A stretch of 64,000 bases of DNA from Piromyces finnis finn (Eukaryota > Fungi > Neocallimastigomycota). This document shows positions 18,199-28,705 of this stretch, in pieces. The stretch's first letter is position 1, and each line of letters begins with the position of its first letter. The position numbers and the translations under genes are program-made. The DNA lies in contig MCFH01000001.1 in assembly GCA_002104945.1 (NCBI GenBank), positions 1,178,001-1,242,000 of the forward strand, read 5' to 3'. The notes beneath the pieces were generated by a model. It ran no database searches. It saw only the letters and a program-made list of their open reading frames with translations, and was not told the DNA's origin.

Positions 18199-19901
18199 TT
18201 ACTTGCTCTTAGCTCTTTCCTTTTGAGCTTCATTTAACTTAACTTGTAGTACTTCAATGATAGCTATTTTATTTCATATTAATTAGCAATTATCGTCGTT
18301 ATTATTATTACCATTGTTAATTGTTTGAATCCATAAATGTCAAAAAAAAATTATTACCATAGATCATTAATTTATAATTGTAATATTATTAAATATTACA
18401 GGATTTTAGGATAAAATCAAAATATAAAATATAGAAACAAATAAATAATAAATAATATATTGTTATTATAAATTGAAAATGAATTATTAAATATTGTTTA
18501 ATAAATTATTGGAATAATAAAAGTTACATTTATTTTGATCTTGTCTACTAATAATAGAATCTTGGAGCTTTTTTAAGTTTTCTTTTAAGAAAGTGTTCTT
18601 CTTTTCAAAGAACTTTTTAGTATCATCTAAGTTCTAATTTTATTACAATTGACATTATTTTTATTAAAAAGTGAAAATATATGAAAATATATTATATCAG
18701 CCAAAGTCAATAATAGAAACATTTATGTTATAATAGTATAACAATTTAATATTTTGTTGATATTTTGGTGATATATTTATTTAGTAATCTCTAGAAATAA
18801 TATTTATATTATTCGTATATTATTATCGTTATTATTGTTATTATTTTATACCTTTTCAACGTAGTAACCAGTACCAACATCAACAATTAATTTATCTTTG
18901 TTAACTAATTGACCTGGAACATATAAGTAAGAACAGCGAAAAAAAAAAAAAAAAAAAAAAAAGAGTTAAGGTAATTGATATTCATCTTTTTGTGAATAAA
19001 TATATGTTCAATTTTTCTATTTCTACACTTTTATGTTAAAAAAAAAAAAAAAAAAAAAGGATATAGAAACAGTAAGTGGAACAAGAATATTGGCACCTAT
19101 ATTTTATTATTAAAAATATAGAATTACTATATATGCGATTTTATTTTTTAAAATATATATACATTCACATGTAAAATATAATATATTTTGAAAATTTTAC
19201 CATCATCTAATTTCTTAACAGTATTAACACATTCAATGTTAGTATTAAATTTTGTTTGAGCTAATTTTAAAGCAGAGTATGATTCAGTTAAATGTTGGAT
19301 TTCCTGTGTTTAAGAATTAGTTTTTATATTTGAAAATTAAAAAAAATAAAATATATTAAAATATATTAGTATTATTCTTTTTCATATATATATGTAACTA
19401 TTTTTTTTTTATCTCTATATATAGATTATTTTTTTTCTTTAATAATTTTTAAAGTATAATATTTTATTTAATAATATAATATTTTTGATTTCTATTTGTA
19501 AATTTGATTAAATATACATATACTGGTATATAATATATATAATTATACTACATCAGAAATTTAATAATATTAAAAAAACTTTTGATGAAATTAAATTGGT
19601 TTGCAATATATTTTTGACATATTATCAAAAATCCAATATTTTTTTTTTTTAGTTTTAGGAATTATAAGCATATATTGTTGGCGTTTTGTTTTAGTAATGA
19701 ATTCTTATATATTTGCTTTGATTTTATTTTAAAATTGATTTATTATTATCAATACTATTATTGTAGAAAAAGGTACACAAAAATAGAGTTAAATCGAATA
19801 ACTTTTTATTATTATTATTATTGTTGCTTTTGGAATTACAAATTTCTTTGATACTCTTGTTATAAGAATAAATTGATTTTTTTTTTTTTTTTTTTTTTTT
19901 A

Positions 19902-19932
<31 letters not shown>

Positions 19933-20172
19933 TTATTTTATTTTATTTTATTTTATTTTATTTTATTTTATTTTATTTTATTTTATTTTATTTTAGATTC
20001 CTTTTCCTTTATGCTTCTATAGTAATGTTTAAATTAAAGTTTTTTAATTATATAAATGATAAAGAAAAAATACCTCTTCAATTTGTTGTCTAACAGCTTG
20101 AAGTTGTTCCATTGGAAGATCAGCAAGATCAATAACAGTAGTAGTTGCCTTATCCTTATCGCTTGATGACAT
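18199..20172 (-). CDS. PFDN5: Prefoldin subunit 5 (alpha-type), 6 exons (20172-20074, 19303-19201, 19096-19065, 18926-18852, 18633-18528, 18263-18199)
   Basis: Spliced product [59 protein letters not shown]...[45 protein letters not shown]...; motifs ILVPLT-S-LYVPG and [11 protein letters not shown]. Not present in the ORF track. Confidence 0.93.
18927..19064 (-). other. U12-type (minor spliceosome) AT-AC intron, 138 nt, phase 0
   Basis: 5' splice site ATATCCTTTT, branch-point-like TTACCTTAAC (18974-18965), 3' end TTCTTAC. Removing it joins VPLTVS to LYVPG in frame. Confidence 0.88.
19874..19995. repeat. Poly(T) followed by (TTTTTA/TTTTA)n inside PFDN5 intron 1
   Basis: Directly visible. 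Confidence 0.85.
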
Positions 20173-20194
20173 CTTATATTATTATTAATTTTTC

Positions 20195-20228
<34 letters not shown>

Positions 20229-21052
20229 TATGTATATATATATAATGAACTATAAATTAAAATAAATAAAAATTAAATGAAATTTATTTTTTTAATTTTA
20301 AAATGTAAAATACTCTTTCTTAAATTTTTATTATATAAATAAAATATTGAAAAATATATAAAGCATTCTTATAAATTCATTTCTTTCATAGTATAATGGT
20401 ATATGTGGCTTTCATACATAAAAATGAAATAAAAATAATGCATTGATTAAATATAAATTAATTATTATGTGGCCTATTAAATTATAATTTTAATATCTAT
20501 TTTATAATAGACTCTATTTCATTTATATTTATTTTTGTACATTTTGTTAAATTTTTAATTAAAAAGAATCAATCAAATCAAGTATTTCATATATTAATGT
20601 ACATATTTTAAAATATTATTTCATTATAGTTTATTTTTCTTATTAATTGAATTTATTGTTTTTAAACATCTTAATAAAAAATATATATTTTCTCATTATA
20701 TAAAAAAAAAATATTTTATTGCTTATATGCTTAATATAAGATAAATAATAAAAGATAATACAGTAGTAGAGTAAATAAATAAAATAAATAGAAAAAAATG
20801 AGGATTAAAATTATAATAATTAATATATTATTTCATTTTGAATATTATAGTTTGCTTTTTCTACAATTAAAAAAAAAATGTGTATTGGTTTCTATAGTAA
20901 TCAATAGATTTTTTTAAAGTACTAATAATAATAATAATAATAATAATAAAAGATATTTGAAATATTTTATATTAAATATTATATATTTCATAAAAGTTAA
21001 TATAACTATATAAATGTTATTGTTGTTGTTGTTGTAGTTTTGTTAAAATTGG

Positions 21053-21084
<32 letters not shown>

Positions 21085-21135
21085 TGATTTTTTTATAGAT
21101 TTTTTTTTTTTTTTTTTCATTATAAAGTAGAATGC

Positions 21136-24100
21136 TTAATATCTTCTTCTTTGTCCACCATTACTAATCATAATAACTTTCTTCGACTTCTTTTTACCTA
21201 ATTTTCCATTGTTTTTTGAAGTATTATCTTCATCTCTTTTTAATTCTTGTAATTCATTAGATTTATCAACTTCAGATGTTTTTGAATCAGAAGTAGCAGT
21301 ATTGATAGTATCTTCTACAGGTTCATTTTCTTTTTCATTTTCCTTAACTTTTTCTTTACCCTTTCCCTTATTTTTGGTACTGTTAATAATATCAGAAATG
21401 GATATTTCTTTTTGTTTTTGGGTATCATTATCAGAATCTTCAACTAATTCATCAAAATCAAGAGACCATCCATTATCCTTACTAACCCATTCATTATCAT
21501 TTACAATTAACTTTTTCTTAACAGATGTTGATTTATTACCTTGCCATGGTGAAAAAGTAACATTAGATGATGATGATGATGCAATTTTAGCAAATGAATT
21601 AGCCGATTTCTTTTTTTGTTGATTCTTTAAAAAGTCTATGGCCTCTTGAGAAAGTGCTGCCGGAACATATTCTTGGGAATTACTATTATTCTTCTTTTTA
21701 TTACCATTGGAATATAATAAATCATCATTAATTGGTTCGTAGAGTAGTGGTTGACTCTTATTAGATTCTAAAGCTGCTGATGATTCAAATGATTTATACA
21801 TATTCATCCATTCACTTTTTAAATTACTTTCTTTATTCTTATGATTGTCTTTTGCTATTTTTTGTTGTCTCTTTTTAGAAAGTTGAGTAATTTCCGCTAT
21901 TATAGTTATTAATAATTATATAATAATATCATCGTAGAAATAATATAATTTATAATGAATAAAAAAAAAAGGACATTAATAAAATTATATTCTTTTGGAA
22001 TAATCTATAAATTGAATTTTTTATAAATAATTTACATTTAAACTTTTTAAATGTAGCAGAAGAAACAACATCACTTAAATAAATTTCACATAAACTAATA
22101 TCACAAGTTAATGGTAAATGGCTAAGATATTTAAATCTTTTTCTCATATCCTAATTATTGATAATTAAAGAATATAATACAATATTTATATATTATATGT
22201 TATATTATATTATATTATATTATATTATATTATATTATATTATATTATATTATATTATATTATATTATATTATATTATATTATATTATTAGTATGTTTAT
22301 TATAGTTATTGTTGTTATGTGTATTATGTTTATTATTTAATTTAAATAAATAAAAAAAAAAGGTGATTACCTCATTAATAGTTGATTCTTCCACATTCAA
22401 TATACGACATTTAAGTGTTTCTGGAAAACGAGAATATTCACCAAATTCATATTTAAGAATTTTATTACAGAGAGGATGAAGATAGTAGTGTTGACCATCT
22501 TCTATTTGGTAAAAGTAGTATAAATTGTCATTATCACTTTCAGATGGAATAGTTTGACTTAAAGTAGTTTCTTTTTTATCTATTTCTTCCTTTTCACTTA
22601 CATTTTCACTTTTTTTATTTTCATCTTTATTTTCTTCAACCATTCCATTTAAACTTTCTTGACTATAACTTTGATAGAAATTAGTATTATTTAAAATAAA
22701 TTGACCATCAAAAGTACTACCCGATTTTTTATTTTCTGTATTCTTTTTATTTGTATCATCTTCATCGTCTGAAAATGCAGGTTCAAAACCACCCTCTTTT
22801 TCCATTTTTTCTTGATATTTTTTTTCTTGAAGGGACATTTCTTTACCCCATTGCTTCACTTCTGTTTTTTTGTTTTCGACTATTTCTGGTTTTGTAGCTG
22901 AATTAGATTCAGTAGCTTTAGGACCTGTTTTACCTGCAATTCTTGATGCGTAGGTATCCTTAAATATTTCCTTCTTTTCTTCTTTACTTAATAATTTAAG
23001 GGCTGCATCCATATTAAGATCAGGGAAAATTTTTGATTCTTCCACAACTTTATTTAAGGCCATTTGAATATATGGAACTTCTGAAACAATAATAACGTTA
23101 GATAATCTAGCAGCTTGTTCTTCCAACTCAACTTCACGTAAATATTCTTGAAGATCATTAAATGCTGGTACAATAATTTCATTTTTTATATAACTTGAAG
23201 AAGCATAGAATAATTTTGCAAATGGTAATAATTCGGTTTGATTTGGTCTTGGCATTTTTAAAATATTATTGATTTTAACAGCTTTTGGTAAAGCTAATGA
23301 AACATCCTGGTTATTTAGTCATCATTTTGTTTTTAAAATAATTGATTTAAATATAGAAATATAAAGATAACATAAAATTAGCATTTATTTAAGTAACCAT
23401 TAATTTATAATCGAAAAAAAAAAAAAAAAAAAAAATACATATTATATATCAAATATATATATTGCTTTGTTTTGTTTCCTTACCATTTTTCTTTTCATTA
23501 ATTTGAATTCAACATGTTTATTTGGATCTGCTTTTATTTTTTCGACTTCTCTAAATCTAACATATTTTAATGAACGTTCAGTAACAATTTCTTGGCATAA
23601 AGGACATGATTTATATTTTTCTTTTGAATCTACATTTAAATAATGTAAAATACATGGATAACAGAAACAATGACCTTTATAAAAATAAAACATAGTTCAT
23701 TATTAATAAATAATAAATAAAAAATAATTTTAAATTAAAAAAAAAAAAAATTAAATAAATAAATATAATATTTAAAATAGTTTATGTTTATTTAGAGAAA
23801 AAATATATACCACAACTAGTAACTTTTCCAACAATAGGTTTATTTAAACAAATTGGACATAAAGGAATTTCAGCTGTTGGAATTATCTTTTTTTAATTAT
23901 TGTTATTAATTAAAGAATAAACACAAATAAATAATTATATTATTATTATTATTATTACTATTATTATTTGATATGAAACTTACAACTTGTTGTATATTTT
24001 CCCATTCTATGAAAGCATCAGGATCTTTTAAATGTTTTTCATAAGTTTTATCTGATTTTAAAATAAATTGATAACTTCGTAATTTAATAATAAGTAGTGA

Positions 24101-25109
24101 TGAATAATATTATTTAAAAAAAATAGAGAAAGTTTTAATCACTTGTCATTACAATGAAATGATATCTATATATAAAATAATTTCATTAATTTGTTAAATT
24201 TTACTTTGAATTGATAAAACGTTGTTTATTAAATGGTTCATAGGAAACCTTCTTTCTTCTATAATGAACAGTATGATTATTTGTTTGGCGAGTAGGGAAA
24301 GTAAAATTAACTAAATGAGTTAATTCTACTTCACCTCTTTTATTTCTTGGACCATCAATCTTTAATTATTATTAAATTTTAAGAAATGGTATAATTGAAA
24401 TAAATTATTAATTAATAAATAAATTAAAAAGAAATATATATATATTATATTACATTCAATAATTTTATAATAATGATTTATTATTAAAAAAAAAAAAAAA
24501 AAAAAAGAAGGAAAAATTCAAATAACAGTAATTATTATAGAAAAATATTATGCTATTTAATTGATATTTACCTCAAAGGATTGAATTGATAAAAATTGTT
24601 GTTGTTGTTGATATTGATTTCTATTTTGTCTTCTGTTATTATTGTTGTTATTATTGTTGTTATTGTTATTACTTCTATTTCTATTATTGTGACTTCCTTG
24701 TCTATTTCCTATGAATAGCAATAATTATTAAAAAAAGAATTAAAATATAATATAAAATTATTAACAAAAACTATTTTTTTTTTTTTCATTTTTCTTAAAA
24801 GGAAAATAAAAAAGAAAGTAATAAGCTAATTTCTAATTTATGTATTATTATGTTTTTAGAAAATCCTTTAATTCAATACAAAGCATGGTTACATCATCAA
24901 ATATAAATTAAAAATATTCTCTTTTACAATGAAAAGTTTTTCTTACCACCATTATTTCCATTATTATTTCTGCTATTATTATTGTTGTTGTTGTTTCTAT
25001 TATTTCTATTATATTTTTTTGATTTATCTTCCTTATTTTTTGAAGCATTTTTTGGAACAAATTCCGTTGCATTTAAATTAAATGCTTTATTACTATCATT
25101 AATAAACAT
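21136..25109 (-). CDS. RNF10: RNF10/Mag2-like C3HC4 RING E3 ligase, ~874 aa, 9 exons (25109-24947, 24708-24572, 24359-24205, 24074-23984, 23886-23811, 23674-23484, 23306-22371, 22150-22036, 21896-21136)
   Basis: RING CPICL...TSCGHCFCYPCILHYL...CPLC. Family motifs LTHLVNFT, FNKQRFINSNYQFI, YYFYQIEDGQHYYLHPL, RFKYLSHLPL. All exon phases are consistent. Confidence 0.88.
22195..22290. repeat. (TATAT)n pentanucleotide microsatellite in an RNF10 intron
   Basis: Directly visible. Confidence 0.85.
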
Positions 25110-25715
25110 GTTGTATGGTATATTAAATTAAATTAGAATGAACTGAAATTAAATAGAATAATAATATATAAATGAGAATGAGAGAGAATGATAAGATATG
25201 GATATGATAAAGAGGAATTGGTTTCCTTTTTCAATACTGGATATATACAAATTTTTAATTTAAAAAAAAAAGGTTAACACCAATTTTTTTTCTTTTTTTT
25301 AGTTAAAGCCGTTTATTTTAACAAGATAAATAATATTAAAGTAGTAAAATACAATAATATTAATACTATATATATATATTATCAATTTAATTGAGTTTAT
25401 AATCTTGATTAATATATATGTAAATGCTTTTTTTTATTTTATTATTTTAATGAATAAAATAAAATAATAAAATAAAAAAAAATCTTTATAAATTTAATCA
25501 ATGAATGATAAAAATTTTAATAATTTAAAAAATATATAATAAATAAATAATAAATTTTTATTATTCATTTTTACCTAATAAAATAAAACTTTGCTAAAGT
25601 TGCATAATATGAGAAGTGAAAAAATGATAGGTGTAGCTTGTTTATTTATTTATTTATTTATTTATTTACTTATTTATTTATTTATTTTTATTTATTTATT
25701 TATTTATTTATTTTT

Positions 25716-25746
<31 letters not shown>

Positions 25747-27271
25747 TTTATTTATTTATTTATTTACTTATTTGAATTTATAAAAAATAAAATTTTTATA
25801 TAATATTATTTCTAAAAAGGCATAATTATAAATATTTTTAAACATTAATATTTTTAGTGAATATAAAAAAAATAATAATAAAGCAAGAATCTTTAGAAAT
25901 TAAAAAAAAAGAAAGAAAGAAAAACAACATTTAAAAATAATATTAGAGAATCGTTTTATTTTACTCCTCTATTATTAAATGTATTACAAAAGAAAAAAAA
26001 AAAAAAATATATATATATATATTGTGTAACTCATGGGATGAAAATTATATATATAATAAAATAATTTAGCCCATGCCTAAGAGTTATGTTTATCGTCTAA
26101 AATTTATTTCTAAACTAAATAATTATTCATTAACCTAAAAATCTTTATATTTTATTCAATCCTTATCTTAACACAAATATAAATATAATAGATAATAAAT
26201 AAAATTAATACATCAAAAATATTACTAAAATTTTTACCTTATTTCAAACTTTTATTATGTTTAGATATATGTGTTAGTATTAAATTTTAATTTTATATTC
26301 AAATAAAAAATAATGTATGCAAAAAAAGTTATCTTTAAAAAAAATTATTCAAACTTACTAGTTTAAAATTTAATTTTAATTCTACTTTAAAAAAGTTTTA
26401 AGTTTGAACAATTTAAATTAAACTAGTACTAAAATTAAATTTAAAAGTAGTTATGACTTTAACATTACAAAAAAAAAAAAAAGAAAAACATTGTTTGCTC
26501 ATTTCATGTTTTATCGTATAAAATAACATCTATTATTGATATTTATTTATTTTCATAGAAAAAGAAAAAACAATCTACTATTTAATTATATATTTTAGAA
26601 TTAACATAAAAATTAAATATTTGATATATTCATGAAATATTAAAATCGAAAAAAAAAATATATATATATATATATATATTATTAAATTGATATCCAATTT
26701 TGAATTGTCTTTCTTTTTTAAACAATTAATAACCTTTAGAATATTGCCAAAATACTTAATATAACATTTATAAATAAAATATGAAAGCTTCTTAAATAAC
26801 TATCTTTTTCTTTATTTATTTTTTTTTTCTTTTAATTACATGTAGTTTATTTTTATTTATTATTTTAGTTATTATTTTTTTTTTAATTTCTTCTAATAAC
26901 TAATATTAAAATGTTCATTAATAATATTTTACGTAATTATTTACAAATATCTTTTTTTCTTTTATCCTTTTTTTTTTTATTTTTTATTTTTTTTTTTTTA
27001 TTTTTTTCTTTATTGATTTTTAATATTGTTACTACTATAATATATAAAAATAAAAAGATTTACCATTATATTTATCTACTATATATTTTACATATTACTA
27101 ATAAAAATTGGAATTTACAATAAAAAGAAAAAAGGAAAAAAAAAAAAACAGAATAATAAATTTAAAAATTGGATATATTAAAACGATATTCTAAACTACT
27201 GTAAAATTATATTAATATAAAATAAAATAAAAATTTTTCAATTTGATTGAAACAATAAAATATTATTTATA

Positions 27272-28705
27272 TCATATTGTTTGTTTATCAGAATCAGAAT
27301 CATCTGAAGATCCACTGAAATCTAAATATAATTCTTCTTCTACCAACATATATTCATCTGTATTTAAGTCATGAATTTCTAATACACGATTAGTTGTTGG
27401 ATCAATAATATATTCTTTATCATCAATTGTATAGGCGTAATAATTTTCATATTCCATTTCATCTTGATACATTTGATAAATTGAATGTGGATGAAGACTA
27501 TTAACATCACTTTCTTCTAACTGAACTGGAACTGCTGGAACAAATGGTCTCTCCATAGATGGGAAAGTCTCTATAATAGCTGGATGATCATTGGTAGCTT
27601 CAAAAAGTTGTTGAGTACGTATTCCTGTTCTTATAATATTAATGTTTGGATTGAGGAAACTATGACGTATGACAGAGGATCTACTATTTCTGTTTACAGA
27701 TATAATTGATTTTGATTTTTCAGATAAGCTTCCTTCACTTTGAATTGACATACGATATTGAGCAATTGGAATTTCATTTTGAATTCCTTGTTCATCTTTG
27801 TCAATAGTGATGGTTGGATTTTGATTATTCATTCCACCCTTTGCATTATAATATAACATGTTGCCTTCACTTTCACCTTCATAAATTAAAGAATTTACTA
27901 AAGATATTCTTTTATTATTATAATCTGATGCTGTCATTAATGAAGGTGGATTTGATGAAGATGAATAATATTCTGAATTTTTTAGTGTTCTCATTTCTGA
28001 TTTTCTTTTTAATACTCTATAACTAGAAACAGCAACTAAACCAACACTAACAGCTCCTACTGCAATAATAAATGTAGTTCCATATGTATTGAAAGCATTA
28101 TCATTTCGTGAGCTTGAATTATTTCCCAAATCATTACTATTATCAATACTGTTTATTTTTCCGGAACTATCAATATTTTGTGAGTCAAAACTATTTATTG
28201 ATTCATTACTTTCACTTATATTATTTTCTTTAATACTAGTAGTACCTGTAGTTGTTTTATGTTCAATTTCATCTGTTTTAGTATTAATGAAATGTGTAGT
28301 AGGAGTTGTAACTACGGTAGTACTTTCTGTTTCGGTTACGGTTGTTGTTACTGTTGAAGTTGAAGTTAAAGTTGTTGTTGTTGTAGTTGAAGTTTCTTTA
28401 ACTTGAACTTTTGAAAAAACAGGTATTATTGGGTTTTCTTCATTACCATTAATTTCTTCAATTATAGTAGTTGAATTTCCTTTACTAATTTCTTCTGTTT
28501 TTGAAATAGTTATATTATTTGAAGTATCAATTGCATTATTAGTTACACTTTCAACATCAGTATTATTTAAACTATACTTTCTTATCCTTGGGAAAGTTAC
28601 ATCATTTTTTGATGCGCTTTCACCTCTTTGTCTTTTTGCATTTACTTCAAATATACATAATATTAAAAATAAAATAGCAGTAATTTTTACAAATGATTTA
28701 CACAT
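27272..28705 (-). CDS. Orphan type-I membrane protein, 477 aa: signal peptide, Thr/Ser/Asn-rich ectodomain, one TM helix, Ser-rich cytoplasmic tail; intronless
   Basis: Hydrophobic N-terminus (ITAILFLILCIFEVNA), poly-Thr stalk, TM TTFIIAVGAVSVGLVAVSSY followed by RVLKRK. Confidence 0.8.
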   Translation of the reverse strand: MCKSFVKITAILFLILCIFEVNAKRQRGESASKNDVTFPRIRKYSLNNTDVESVTNNAIDTSNNITISKTEEISKGNSTTIIEEINGNEENPIIPVFSKVQVKETSTTTTTTLTSTSTVTTTVTETESTTVVTTPTTHFINTKTDEIEHKTTTGTTSIKENNISESNESINSFDSQNIDSSGKINSIDNSNDLGNNSSSRNDNAFNTYGTTFIIAVGAVSVGLVAVSSYRVLKRKSEMRTLKNSEYYSSSSNPPSLMTASDYNNKRISLVNSLIYEGESEGNMLYYNAKGGMNNQNPTITIDKDEQGIQNEIPIAQYRMSIQSEGSLSEKSKSIISVNRNSRSSVIRHSFLNPNINIIRTGIRTQQLFEATNDHPAIIETFPSMERPFVPAVPVQLEESDVNSLHPHSIYQMYQDEMEYENYYAYTIDDKEYIIDPTTNRVLEIHDLNTDEYMLVEEELYLDFSGSSDDSDSDKQTI

